NCBI GenBank assembly: GCA_964016885.1
Contig: OZ024742.1
Location: 54,560,001 to 54,624,000 of the forward strand
Source of the DNA: Eledone cirrhosa
Taxonomy: Eukaryota
DNA: 64,000 nt
Direction: 5' to 3'
Below the pieces are notes generated by a model. That model had not been told where the DNA came from, ran no database searches, and saw only the letters and a program-made list of their open reading frames with translations. The translations under genes and the position numbers were made by a program. Shown piece by piece: positions 37,758-54,704 of this stretch (within the stretch, counting starts at the first letter, position 1; each line of letters opens with the position of its first letter).

Positions 37758-37945
37758 GCAGATAAATCTACCAAGAGTTTACGGTAGTGTCAAATCCGTA
37801 TGAAGAACTCAATGTATTCCGGATATCATGGAAAGAAGAGATGTAATGAAAAACCACTTTCGGTGAAAGATAAACGGTATACAGAGTCAAGATAAAATAT
37901 TAAACAAATAATGAATAAACAATTCCTTATATTAAACAAAAAAAG

Positions 37946-38100
37946 TTCATTATTTAACGATCGTTTCTAGGGTATATATGTGTTATAATTGGTATGCATA
38001 TTCAACAGATCTATGTACAAAATTATACAAAATTATACAAATTATCAAGATTAAATATACATACCTAACACATATATACGCCGTCTTCAGAAATAATGAA
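37946..38100 (-). ncRNA. Type I hammerhead ribozyme with 10-bp helix I and ~115-nt helix II
   Basis: TTCATTATTT-CTGAAGA-C GGCGTATATATGTGTTA...TAACACATATATACCCT A-GAAA-CGATCG-TT-AAATAATGAA. Confidence 0.82.
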
Positions 38101-38909
38101 GTATATTTATTGATAATAACAACAATTCAAAATTTCAGTTCAAAATTGACCAATGAAAACACAAAGGGTTAAAAGCAGTTCGGTGTGTGTATATACATGT
38201 AAAATCCTTACACATATTTTACAAAAATGTATGTATAACTTGTATACGCATACTAAAAAGATGGATGCAAACACAAAATTTCAAGGTTAATATCTCTGTA
38301 AGCTTAAAATGCGCTGATAAGATGCGCATTGATACTTATGGAGTCAAGCATATAAATATATTTTTTCATACTCACACATATCAGTACAATCACACATACA
38401 CGCGCGTATATGCATAAATATACACATAACGACGAACATACAAACACACACACACCCCCACTCACATTTATATATGTGGATATAAAATCATAAGCACATG
38501 GATATTAAATCACTCACATAAAACACTGGCACACACATTTCAAGATCAAGATACAGAAATTAGGTGGGAGGGGGGGGGGAAGGGGTCAGTATTCAATTGT
38601 CTGAGCAGACTGCCTAATATAAATGTATCTATAAATTAAGAAAAATAAAAAAATAAAACAATAAAATATAATAAATATAATATAATATACATACACATAC
38701 AGATATATACACATACATACATGTACGCGCACATAGAAATATTTACGCATACACACATACACACATACATATACAGTCATACACACACATACACTTACAC
38801 GAACATACACATACACATATATAAAGATATATATATACACACACACACACACGCAACACATACACACATACACATATATATAAAAAAAAATATATATCCA
38901 TATATATAT

Positions 38910-38958
<49 letters not shown>

Positions 38959-39040
38959 TACACATACATCTAAATATACATACACATACTTACACACATA
39001 CATGTACATACATGTACATACATATACGCACATCGATATA

Positions 39041-39080
<40 letters not shown>

Positions 39081-39110
39081 TAGACATATAGATACATACA
39101 CACACAACTT

Positions 39111-39165
<55 letters not shown>

Positions 39166-39196
39166 ATATGCATATATATATATATATGTATATATG

Positions 39197-39368
<172 letters not shown>

Positions 39369-39392
39369 TGTATATATATGTATATATATATG

Positions 39393-39423
<31 letters not shown>

Positions 39424-39520
39424 GTATATATATATGTATATACATAAGTATATATATATGTATATATATGTATATATATATGTATATACATATATATATA
39501 TATATGTATATATATATATG

Positions 39521-39674
<154 letters not shown>

Positions 39675-39728
39675 TAAAAAAATAATGAATAAAACAATGA
39701 AACAGTTCCTTATATTAAACAAAAAAAG

Positions 39729-39872
39729 TTCATTATTTAACGATCGTTTCTAGGACATATATGTGTTAGAATTGGTATGCAGATCTATGTACAAAATTAT
39801 ACAAAATTATACAAATTATCAAATATAATATACATACCAACACATACATATGCCGTCTTCAGAAATAATGAA
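39729..39872 (-). ncRNA. Type I hammerhead ribozyme (second tandem unit)
   Basis: Helix I, core and CGATCG identical to 37946-38100; helix II diverged and 11 nt shorter. Confidence 0.8.
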
Positions 39873-40512
39873 ATATATTTATTGATAATAACAACAATTC
39901 AAAATTACAGGTCTGTTTGGGAACAGAGTTCAAATTGACCAATGAAATACACAAAATATATCAATAAAATACAGTTAGGTGTGTGTATATATGTAAGTAA
40001 CTTCGTTCACAGATATGCATAAAAATATATGTTCACATGCATACGCATGTCGAAAAAATGTATGTAAATACAAAAAATTCAGGGCTAATGTCTCTGTATG
40101 TTTATAATCTATAGATAAAATACACATACGCATATAAACATATATAGATTCATATATACACACATATATATACACGCACATTCACACACACACGCGCATA
40201 TACACATAAACATACACATACCCATGAACATACACACACACACATATATGTATATATTATTATTATAACTACATGGATATTTAGGCACACACATAAACAC
40301 TGCTACATATATGTTTACATCCAAATGCAGAAGTGGGTAAGGGGTTCAGTAATAACTAAGGATGTCAGGGAGCTGCCTATTTAAAAATGTATCTACAAAT
40401 TTAGAAATAAAAAGAAATATATCAAAAAAAAAATATATATATATAAACAAGTAAAATATACTCATACATAAAATACATACCGATATACATATACATATAA
40501 ATACACATACAC

Positions 40513-40559
<47 letters not shown>

Positions 40560-40721
40560 CACATACACATATACACGTAGACATAATCATACATACATAA
40601 ATATACATACACATACATATATAAATACATAGACACACATACAAACACACATATATATAAAAAAATATATACATATATCCACAACTCACATACATATATA
40701 CACATATATGTACACACACAT

Positions 40722-40758
<37 letters not shown>

Positions 40759-41075
40759 AACACATATATACATACAGACACATATATATACACACATATA
40801 TACACACACACATATATATATATATACATACACACACATATATACACATATATATATATACACACACACACAACACACACACACACACATACATATACGT
40901 ATATATACACACACATACACATATCCATGTATGTATATACACATACAATCACACGCTCACACAATTATGCACACACATATATATATACACATACACACAT
41001 CCCTACAAATATATATACACATATACGCACGTATATCGGTATGTATTTTATGTATGAGTATATTTTACTTGTTTA

Positions 41076-41106
<31 letters not shown>

Positions 41107-41193
41107 TTTGATATATTTCTTTTTATTTCTAAATTTGTAGATACATTTTTAAATAGGCAGCTCCCTGACATCCTTAGTTATTACTGAACCCCT

Positions 41194-41393
41194 NNNNNNN
41201 NNNNNNNNNNNNNNNNNNNNNNNNNNNNNNNNNNNNNNNNNNNNNNNNNNNNNNNNNNNNNNNNNNNNNNNNNNNNNNNNNNNNNNNNNNNNNNNNNNNN
41301 NNNNNNNNNNNNNNNNNNNNNNNNNNNNNNNNNNNNNNNNNNNNNNNNNNNNNNNNNNNNNNNNNNNNNNNNNNNNNNNNNNNNNNNNNNNNN
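41194..41393. other. Assembly gap (200 N)
   Basis: Run of N. Confidence 1.
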
Positions 41394-41824
41394 ACACTGG
41401 AAGGTAATATCCGTAGTGGTAGACCACTCAGTGCATGGGACGATTTAGGTAGAAGTGGTTACACAACAGTTAGTTCACCATACCGGGAACAATTGTTTCC
41501 CCTTAGCGGATCCTCAGCTCGTAATGGACATGGTTATACGGAACAGGAAGGACAACCGTACGAATGCGCATGCGCAGAAACCGTCACTTCACACAGGCAA
41601 TATTAAAAAGCGTGCGAGTGGAGTAAGGGAGATAACTGCGAAAGTCCGAAAAGTTTCTAGTTGATAAGAAAATTAGGATTTTGTTGTGATTCAATCCGGA
41701 GCTTTGTAGTTATGTAAGAGGTGTTTCGAGACGTGTGGACAACGTGTGAAGAATTGATTTCTTGTGATTAGGCAATCACTATTGCATAATCTCTTTAGAA
41801 TATTTATTCGTTCATCAATACCAC

Positions 41825-41828
<4 letters not shown>
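41394..41828 (-). mobile_element. 3' fragment of a Hydra-type PLE (end of GIY-YIG ORF + UTR with HHR)
   Basis: Minus translation IDERINILKRLCNSDCLITRNQFFTRCPHVSKHLLHNYKAPD* (stop 41691-41693) resembles the C-terminus of the 57905-58612 protein. Confidence 0.6.
41478..41527 (-). ncRNA. Type I hammerhead ribozyme, short helix II
   Basis: CCATTACGAG-CTGAGGA-TCC-GCTAA-GGG-GAAA-CAATTG-TT-CCCGGTATGG; helix I imperfect. Confidence 0.65.
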
Positions 41829-41858
<30 letters not shown>

Positions 41859-42036
41859 GAGGGTATTATTTGCGTAATATTGCCAGAATTAATAACAGAA
41901 CACACTCACTGTTTGGTTGGTTTTCGCTTCTTGCTGTCTTTTATATATATATATCTGCGATCTAATTTACTCGGTCCTCAATGTTGCCATTGACTGACCG
42001 GCGGTCAAAAATAATACAGATACAATATAGACACAA

Positions 42037-44965
42037 GTGTTTCACAAAAATACGTTGGAATGCAAAGGTAAACAACAACAACAACAATAATAACGGTAGT
42101 AGTAATATAAACAATAACTCTGGGTATAGAAATAACAGCCATAACCATAACAATGGCAGGAAAGTGAGAAATAGTGATAATGGCAATAATACTAGCGATA
42201 GACAGAACAACAACAACCACAATAATAATAATAATAGAAACGTTAACCACAGACACAGCAACAGTGACCACAGTAGTAATAACGGTAACAATACGAACAA
42301 CAACAACAACAATAGCCACAGTGGTAATAATGGAAATAGTACATGTAGCAACATCAACAAAAACAAGAAACATAATAATAGTAACAACCACAATGGTAGA
42401 AATAGCAGTAACAACAACAACAATAACGGTGAAGTAAACAACAATACATCTAGCAATCATAACAATAATAATATTAATGCTAATGATAGAAACAACAACA
42501 ACCACCATGATAACAATAATAGCAACACACACAACTATGACGATAGAAATAACGACAACCCCTTAGAGAAACTATTTTTCAACCCAGCTGACAAAACATA
42601 TAAGATGGGTAATATCTATCCTACGAGGTTACCCTTTAATAAAAGAGTTTGCATACCACAGCAAATAGATGACGAGACGGAGGCACAGTTCACCATAGCT
42701 AGAAATAAGATTAGACAAGTAGTAGACAGGTACACTATGAGACAGAGCAGACCAGAGGCCCAACAACTTGGGATAAAACCTGTAGAAGGCTTGGTTAGCC
42801 TCAAGCAGCGCACAAGGGATGGTGAGGTAGTGTGTCTACCCACAGATAAGTCTGGTAGGATGTCAATAGATAGCATGCCGAACTACATCGAGGCAATGCA
42901 ACCCCACATCACCAACACGAGCGAAGTTTCACAACTAACACACGATGGGAGAGAAAAAATCCTCAACGCTCACATGATGATGTGGACTGACATCCTAAAG
43001 CCAAGCAGACGCACTGCCAACAACTTCCAGGCGTCTAACAATGGCATACCACCCTTGTATGGGCTCCGCAAAGACCACAAGACAGTCGACGACCCGACAA
43101 CAGGACCACCAACAAGACCCGTATGCGGAGCTAATATAGCTAGCAACTACAGGATCTCCTACTTCCTCTCAATGGTTATACGCCCCATAATCAAGATGTC
43201 CCCAGATGTATGTGAAAGTACAGAGGACCTCCTCAGCAGAATCAGTGAGTGCAACAAAAACAGGAGCCTATCCAACTGCATAATAGGCAGCATGGATGTG
43301 GTGTCACTGTACCCATCCATTAACATTGATTTTGCTGTGAAAAGATGTGTGGAGATGATCATTGAGAGTGAGGTGGAGTTCTGCGACGTCGACACAGACG
43401 AACTGGGCCTCCTACTTAGACTTACCTACGACACTGACTACCTATACAGCCATGACCTTAGATGTTTCTGCCCTAGTAGACCTATAAGAGGTAGACCCCC
43501 CACCATAACCTCAATGGCTAAAAAGACTCCCATAGGAAGGTGGATTGGGTGGACCAAAGCTATACGGACCCCCCAAAACACTGATCAGGTAAGAAAAATG
43601 GTCGCACATGCAATAGGGGCTAGTATCAAAACTACCCTAAAGGGCCACATATTTAAGTTCAATGAGAAAATCTACACCCAAAATGAGGGAGCAGCCATCG
43701 GCGTCAGCATAGCTGGTGATGTTGCCAACCTTTTCATGGTATGGTGGGAAATGAGACTTAAATATCTCCTTAATGAAAGCTCCATAGACCTCATCATGTA
43801 CTCTCGTTATGTAGACGATATCAATATAGTTATAAGAACACCCCCACTAGAGAGCACTAACAAGTTTGATTTAGAACGTAGCACGATGGAAAGCATCCAG
43901 CAGATAGCTAATTCCATACACCAGAGTATAACCGTAACTATAGACTTCCCTTCCAAACACCCTAACAATAGACTACCTGTATTAGACACAGAACTCTGGA
44001 TTAACACTATAGACGAGAGAGCCCAAATTCTCCACTCACACTATGCTAAACCCATGGCCTCCAAATACCTGATACTCAAAAACTCAGCAATGTCCAGTAG
44101 TGCTAAGTTTAATATTCTGATCGCAGATTTGGTACGAGTGATGAAGAATGTGTCCAGCATGTGCGACCCAACAGAAATGGAAGGACACATCCAACACTTC
44201 ATCAACCGCATGCAGTTCTCTGGCTACAACCAAAGAGACAGAGTCAGAGTATACGAAGGAGCCATGGAAAAGTATAAGACCCTCATAGAACTGGACATGA
44301 AAGGAATTTGCCCACTATACAGGATCAAATCATGGAATAGCTTAGATAGGGCTAGACATAAGATAGGGAAGGCCACATCATGGTACGACAACCAGAGATA
44401 TCAGAGTGTCATGTTTGTGGACGCCACCCCTGGAGGGAAATTAGCTAACCAGTGTAGAAAGGCCCTGAGAAAGACCCACTTAAAAATAAAGGTGGTAGAA
44501 AAGCCAGGAACCACCATAAAATCCCTGATCAGCAAAACCTACCCTTTTAAGAAAACCCACTGTACTAATAGGAAATGTATCATATGTAAGGTGAACCCCC
44601 GGATAAACTGTAAAACTAGAAACGTAGTCTATAGCATAAGATGTACAGAGGGTACTTGCAGAAACATGACAACAACATACATAGGTGAGACAGCTCGTAG
44701 CATAGGTGAAAGGATAGACCAACACTGGGGGGAACTAAAAGGACGAAAAAACGGGTCAGTACTATACGAACATGCTAGACAACAACATGACGGTAACATA
44801 GACAACATAGAAATTAGAATAATATCTAAACATAGGAATGACCCAGCAGATAGGCAAATCAGAGAGGCCAGTGAAATAGAAATTAGAAGACCAAAGCTAA
44901 ACAGAAAGAATGAGTGGAACAACAACAACACCCAAACAAACAACACTGACATAAGAGAAGTATAA
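42037..44965 (+). CDS. PLE reverse transcriptase + C-terminal GIY-YIG endonuclease (5'-truncated open frame)
   Basis: PTDKSGR, LYGLRKDHK, TRPVCGA, GSMDVVSLYPSI, EGAAIG, RYVDD, RLPVLD, PLYR, VMFVDATPGG, Cys-rich linker, NVVY..YIGETARS..R..QH. Clade call is by motif recall. Confidence 0.9.
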
Positions 44966-45234
44966 ATAAGTAAATAAAATAAAATAAAATAAGATAAATA
45001 AATACATACACAAGCACATAAACACACACTAGTCACCCAGCAGACACAACACTATACACACTAGTCACACATCACACATAACACTATACACACACGCGAA
45101 CGCATGCGCAAAGAAGACAAAATAAAATAAGATAAACAAACAAGCAAATAAATAAATAAATATATAGACAGACTGAACAAAAAAAAAAATGGCGTAGACA
45201 TACAACACAACAGGAGGAACAATGAATATAACAC

Positions 45235-45272
45235 CACTGACGATGTTGCAGATGTGCAACGAAAGATTTATG
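45235..45272 (+). ncRNA. Minimal hammerhead-like motif in the Naiad 3' UTR
   Basis: CA-CTGACGA-T-GTTGCA-GATG-TGCAAC-GAAA-GATT-TA-TG. Helix I is only 2 bp; copy at 24946-24983. Confidence 0.55.
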
Positions 45273-45703
45273 TAAATTATGTAAACTATATATATATGTG
45301 TTTGTGTCTATATTGTATCTGTATTATTTTTGACCGCCGGTCAGTCAATGGCAACATTGAGGACCGAGTAAATTAGATCGCAGATATATATATATAAAAG
45401 ACAGCGAGAAGCGAAAACCAACCAAACAGTGAGTGTGTTCTGTTATTAATTCTGGCAATATTACGCAAATATGACCCTCCCCAAATATAACAATATCTGT
45501 TTCGACACACGATTTCATATAAAAAACCTCGCAAAACTAATTCATCGCCGCTATATATATATATATAGTTATAGTAAATGTGAAGACTAGTTCCAACGTT
45601 TTCCAAAATATTTACTTCTGCGTTCACAGATTGAATTTTTTAGTTTCAGAAGATGCCGTTAAGGGTGAAAGCAGCGATTCTTTGCTTAAACTTTAATCTG
45701 TTA

Positions 45704-45790
<87 letters not shown>

Positions 45791-46411
45791 GTATATATAT
45801 ATATGTATATATACATATATATGTATATATGTGTATGTATGTATGTATGTATGTATGTATGTATGTATGTATATGTATGTACATATGTGTGGGGGGATGC
45901 ATGTATATGTGTATGTGTGTGTGCATCTTTAGCAGAAGTTTAGCAAACAAACGCTTTAGAAGAATTGAAAACTCACACCATGTGCTGAAGTTGGTTTTCA
46001 TGATTTGTAACACTATTCCCCTGCCATATATATGTGTGTGAGACTAGATAAAGATCTTCGAGGAACGTGTGCTTAGGGATAAGTTGCTAATTGTGTATAT
46101 GTGTATGACTGTGTGTGTATCGACATTAATTTGGATGATGATTTCTTTAAATTGTGATGGCTCCGGCAATCCCACTCTACCACTTAGCTAATAGAAATTC
46201 ATATATCCATCGTCAAAATAAACCGAAAATGTGTGGTAAAATAAGATTAGCTCTACCTGATAATTGGCTATAACCATTAAATTCATTCGGCGTTGATAGG
46301 CAAGTTTTGCTAGGTTTAATTTCACATTTAGATTTGAAAAAATAAATTATTCCTGTGTGTTCCCTGCTAGATTCTCTCTAAACTGAACAACATATCTATT
46401 CCGAATCATTA

Positions 46412-46507
46412 TTACTTTGCCTTTCATCCTTACGGGGTCGATAAAATAAAGTACCAGTAATGCACTGGGTAATTGCTGGCCTTGTGCCTAAAGTAGAAAC
46501 AATTATT
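46412..46507 (+). mobile_element. SINE 3' fragment
   Basis: ACTTTGCCTTTCATCCTTACGGGGTCGATAAAATAAAGTACCAGT...GGCCTTGTGCCTAAAGTAGAAACAATT, shared with the copies at 54115 and 61695. Confidence 0.8.
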
Positions 46508-47074
46508 ACTTGTATTTTAATGCTGTTCTTATTCGTGTTTTGCTATCAATTGCTCCCCTTCGATATATATGAGAACCCATCATCTGGTAGTCTGTTAAAT
46601 CTCTTTTGTTTATGGGTGTTTACTTCTCAATATTGATCCCTGTAAATTCCATATCATTTGTATGCCACTAAGCTGGACATAATGCTGTAAATATGCAAAG
46701 TAGATACGTTGTCAACTTTAGCCTGGGCATGGCTTTTCTAGTGACATCGTCAATTTCAATAAATACATGGGAAACTATAAATGTTTTTTGAAGTAACAAC
46801 TACACTTAGGTTTGTCTACCTGGGCAGCACAGTAAGTAATTAGGTCTCCTTAGATCATTATATATTTCTAAGGATTCATAAAGCAACTCGATACTTCAAA
46901 TCTCGTGTCGTGTGTCTCGTGTCTGGTCGCAAAATGTGAATGATTTAGGCGACTGCTTTGCTTCTTTGCCTGAGGTGGGTCTGACTATAAATACACATGA
47001 GTATCAGAACATGTGTACGTTACCAGAAAATGTTACTTTTGTATTGATTTACCGTTTAACGCTTTGATCTCCCA

Positions 47075-47330
47075 ATAGCATTGTGTCATTGAGCAAGACA
47101 CTTTACTTCACGTCTCTCCCTTGTATCCAACTGGAAGCATTAGCTGGACACCGCTACTGCGAAGTTGTATAGACTTTTGTCTCTCCCTTGGGCACCATCG
47201 TAAAGAGGGCAAACCTGTATACATGGATGACTGCTGGTCTCCCACAAAAACCTTTTGTCAGGGATCGTGCCTCGTAGGGAGAAATCCAAGATGTAAAATT
47301 CAAATTTATTCGTAACGGAAAGAGGTATTT
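47075..47330 (+). mobile_element. Degenerate SINE-like repeat (related copy ~49840-50070 on the minus strand)
   Basis: GTGTCATTGAGCAAGACACTTTACTTCAC motif and weak similarity between the two loci. Confidence 0.4.
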
Positions 47331-48492
47331 TAACGTATAGGGGGTAAGCGTATTAGCTTGTGTATATTAGCCAGAATATTGTACAAGGTATCACATTGTG
47401 TGACAATATACTTAGTAGGGAATGACGCCTGTAAATTTGCAGTAGTTGATGTTAGCTAGAATCGTGTTTGTGTTCCATTCTAACGTTGCTAGTACTAGTG
47501 AAGGTCTTTACTATTCAATCGTGCTGCATCCACTCACCAATATAAATGCAATAATATTATATTAGATTTTATTTCAAATCCTCTAACTCCACTTCCAAGT
47601 TTCCTCATGACCGTTCTCATGACCTCCTTTTCCTAAGTCCCCATATGACTGTTCTCAGAGCTTCCGCTTTCCAAGTTTCCACATGACAATTCTCCGAGTG
47701 TTTCACATCGGATACATTACGATATTAGGTTTCCACGTTTTCAATTGCCATATCATGTGGCATATTTTAGACTTCCAGATTCCATTACAATGAATACAAT
47801 TAATGAAGTCAATTGGGCAGAATTCAAATTTAAGAACATACTGAAGTTCATTCATTTATGTTTGTATTTACTCTAAATACATCTTAGTAGCATGACATGT
47901 GAAAAGGTAAAGCCTATTTATTTGTGATAGCAATACACTGAGAAAAGAAGTATATTTATATATTTTCATTGGGGACAAAAACTGAATCTTAGGTGTTGCC
48001 ATTGGTTATAAGGAGATGGCTATATACTTACAACTAAGAAATTGAAGCATGTCTGATTGCTATGAAATAAATAAAATATACAGAAATACCAGCGTAGGAA
48101 ATGATTGACAGACACGATGTGCAAGCATTATTAATAATGTGGCAAGAACGAAAATATCAAATCACTGAATTTAAGTGTGTATTCATACTTGTATGAGCAT
48201 GATTGGCAGCGTCTTGGTGAACATGAGAAAGCGAACTAATTCCTAAAACAAATGCTACAGGAGAAGAACATGATAGACATCTAGATATATAAAACAGGTA
48301 TTCAACCAAGAAGCCAAATTGATAAAAATGTGTTAAAGCTGTGCAAATATTGATACCAGCCAAACAAACGTAGTATGAAATCAGATGCCATATTTCGTTG
48401 GAGTCTGTGTGTGTTCCGTTGGAGTCTGTGTGTGTGTGTGAGCATGGTGCGCATAGGCCAGTATTAGTATGTATTCATAAATTTATGTTACA

Positions 48493-49795
48493 CTAGCTGT
48501 TTAACCCGGTTTTACCCGGGAGATTTGGTTCACTGATAAGAATTCAACTTCTTTTCTCCACCAAGAAACCAACAAAAATCACAAAAAGGGAACACGAAAA
48601 ACAAAAGAAATATTAAGAATAATAAACCGAAATCATAATAAATTTACTGTCAAATAACGTTGAAAACAAAAATATGAAAACCCCCAAAAAAGAAAAAAAT
48701 ATTGAAATCCAAAAAAACAAAGACAAACATAAAAATCAACCAAATTAATAATCACAAACTTATGTGCATTTATTTTCCTTGCAATAAAAATGGGGCTGGC
48801 ACAGAAGCGAAGATCGACATGAAATCGAACCATGTATGGCACGGAAAAGAGGCTGGCACAGATGCGAAGATCGACATGAAGTCGAACCGTGCATGGCACG
48901 GAAAAGAGGCTGGCAATGAAGAGTGTTATCATTGTAGAGCCTCTTGGTAGACGACATTTTTAACTTCTCTTTTTGTTGAGTAAATGAAGTCCCCGCGAAC
49001 TTCCTACTCGAAAACATCCAACGTACAGTTGGCCATGTGAGAATGCCTGTTTACTCAGATTCAGTCCAACCACTTGCATCGATTGTCCCTGTGCCTTGTT
49101 GATGGTCATGGCAAAGCTGAGTTTGATGGGATATAGCAACCGCGTAAATTCGTTGAAGATGTCAGAGGGACTGAGTTTTACTGGTGGAATTAGAACGTCT
49201 GTGCCAGCAGCTGGTCCATTCAAGATTGTCGCAACCAGAATTTTGGACTTTAACGATTTGATGATCATTCGTGTTCCGTTGCACATTGTTGGAGAGTCCA
49301 AGTTCCTTAGCATCATAACCGGCGCACCAACTTTTAACTGCAGGTCGTGAGGTGGAAGTCCAGGAGGTGTTTGACTGTTGAGGAATTCAATGGGAAACAT
49401 TGTGGCATCCTCAGCATTTTTGTTAGTTTCAATAGACTTAAATGAAGCTGTATTCCTTGGAAGCCGATCGAGGAGCTTTATTAATTTGAATGTGTTGTTT
49501 ATTCAGTAGAAGTTTTCTTAGAACACGCAAAACATCAAATCTAGTAATCGAGTGTTCACGATACTAACGTGACGTTGAAAGTTGGCCTTCCCTTTGGCTA
49601 GCCGTTTTAGGGAAATTCCTGTTTCATCGATTTTCTCCGTAACCATGGAAGCTTATAGCTTTGAAAGTGGACCCAACGCCACCTCGGTTCATTCTGCATA
49701 ACTGTGTAAATTTTCGCTGCATTCCACCAAGCCGTTTGACGTTTATCCGACTACACCATATACAACGTCCGACCACTTCCAATTTATATAGTAGA
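48493..49795 (-). mobile_element. Internally deleted Helitron with both termini
   Basis: A|TCTACTATATAAA 5' end; CCCGGGTAAAACCGGG hairpin + CTAG|T 3' end; helicase fragment inside. Confidence 0.88.
48960..49470 (-). pseudogene. Helitron Pif1-family helicase, C-terminal fragment
   Basis: EFLNS..PPGLPPHDLQLKVGAPVMMLRNL..MCNGTR, FAMTINKAQGQS, FSHGQLYV..RV. Confidence 0.92.
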
Positions 49796-50427
49796 TTTAG
49801 AAAAAGGGTCAAGTTTAAGACCCTCTACGATCATAAATGTATCTAGTGGGTTTCCCTCCGAGACACAAGCTCGAGCACGGTTTTCTGTGAAACACCAGCA
49901 TTCGCCCTTGTATAACTGACTTCCCTCACCACCTCACTGTTATTGTCCAGGGAGAAAGGCAAAGGCCGACACAGCTTAGATCAATTAACCTTGTAATCCA
50001 TTTCTACGGAGAAGTGTGTTTCTGAAGGACACAACGCATCTACTGATCTTGAAATTGAACTTACAAACGTTTTCTTTAGTGGAAGTGATCATTTGCATAC
50101 AGTGAAAAACTTAAGCGTCTAAGCATAATATAGTTATATATGAAGATGTAAAAAATGTGGGTAGTAACGCTGCCGAAGAAAAATGTTTCTTTCTTAATGA
50201 AAGAATAGCGGAACTAAACGAAAGAAATTATATCTTTCTCAATGTTCTTCTATGAATATATCATAGAATTGCCAGCATATTCTAAGTGCCAGGCAACGTT
50301 GTTTATTGTATACAAACGTATTATATATTTTTATATACGTTTTGATATACACATCTCTTTCACTTTCTCTCTCTCCCTCCCTCTCACACACATACAAACA
50401 AACACACACAAACACTCTCGCTCTCAC

Positions 50428-50473
<46 letters not shown>

Positions 50474-50698
50474 TAGAAATATTAAAACAATGAAATTAAA
50501 CAGAAAACTGTTAATTCATCATGAATTAACACTTTTGTGTTTAATTTCATTGAGTAAATATTTCTATTTTGACTCTGTATCCAATTGAATTATATCGTTG
50601 ATAAATTTTTTGTATTATAAACTTTTCTTCACGACATCATCTACGTACGGATTACATTGAGTTCTTTATACGGTTTAGACCCTACCATTGAGTGGGAG

Positions 50699-53667
<2,969 letters not shown>

Positions 53668-53671
<4 letters not shown>

Positions 53672-53790
53672 GGTGGCCCTTAACAATAGGTAATGTTCTT
53701 AAAGTTAACACTTTGCTGCTCCCACCTCTAAAACCCGGGGTGTGCAAAATTTCAGCTCAATCGGACAACTGTTAGGCGACCTTCAAATGC
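53668..53790 (+). mobile_element. Solo end of a TIR element related to the MITE at 55937
   Basis: TTAGGGTGGCCCTTA..GGTAAT..AAAGTTAA..TTGCTGCTCCC shared with 55937-55992. Confidence 0.6.
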
Positions 53791-54114
53791 GTTGAATTTG
53801 GAAGATAGTATAGGCAACGATTAATTCTGTTCAAAAGTGGTATACTGTTCCCTATTACGACCATTTTCTTTTTTATTCTTAGAGAAATTTATGTGGTCAC
53901 ATCTAAGCGATCCCAGCAGATGTTTAAAAACGTTCTGAATCAAATTTACCAATAGTTAATTTGAAATATTCCTAAATAACGTGAAAAACGTAAGAAATAT
54001 TAGGTTTTCTTAATAAAGCACACAACTTCTATAAGAGAGACGCATTTTTATTTATTTCTATAGAATCAAAAACATAATGTGAACTCTGAACACTGAATAT
54101 TGAACATTATTTTT

Positions 54115-54300
54115 GCATTGGCAGTATCGGTAGAGGGTCGGGCGCCATGTTTTCAGCAAAGAGTTACGGCCCTTTATGGTCTGAGTTCAAATCCTGCCGA
54201 GGTTAACTTTGCCTTTCATTCTTACGAGGTCGATAAAATAAAGTACCAGTAATGCACTGGGATAATTGTCGGCCTTGTGCCAAAAGTAGAAATAATTATT
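54115..54300 (+). mobile_element. tRNA-derived SINE
   Basis: A-box-like TGGCAGTATCGG, B-box-like GAGTTCAAATCC, core CTTTCATTCTTACGAGGTCGATAAAATAAAGTACC (resembles the Deu/Nin SINE domain, from memory). Confidence 0.8.
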
Positions 54301-54704
54301 TTTGCATAAGAAAGGATTTAGTGTGTTTTATGGTTTTCGGTTACGATCTGTAAAACTAATTCTTTATCAGTTTCATCTTTTGTGAAAGTGTTATTGAAAT
54401 CCTGAAAGACACCTCTTTCTCCAACACCATTCACAACAACTGTCTTCTCAAGTTTTTAAAATCCAGTTTTGTGACCAGGATCATCCTTTCATGTCGAAGG
54501 GTCTTTGTCGAGGAAATCGGTGCTGATAGAAAATCTCGAGGAGAAAGTTTTTGTAATAGGAGTTACAAAAGACGAAAACTCGATGTTTGTAAAGGAAGAA
54601 AAGTCATTTTGGTGCAGAATGTATCTTTTCAGTTGATTTTTCTTCTTCTTCCTCTTTCCCCCCTTTTGTCTGCTTCCAACATAACTTGAGCAATATTTGC
54701 CTTA

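Larger units (their letters stand above)
41856..45551 (+). mobile_element. Naiad-like Penelope-like element with inverted 5' copy of its 3' end
   Basis: 41856-42036 is the reverse complement of 45302-45482; (TA)n on both sides; intact RT-GIY-YIG frame. Confidence 0.9.

Noticed and set aside
41981-42036. MLPLTDRR.. as the start of the Naiad protein (likewise MEMRVY at 56787)
   Set aside because: Both starts lie inside the inverted copies of the 3' UTR.
42037-45551. Selenoprotein-type Naiad (in-frame UGA + SECIS)
   Set aside because: The frame has no internal UGA, so there is nothing to recode.
46700-46930. Possible old RTE fragment (FVYLGSTV-like)
   Set aside because: Too short and decayed to delimit.
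54115-54200. tRNA gene
   Set aside because: A/B boxes are present but there is no cloverleaf; it continues into a SINE body found three times in the window.
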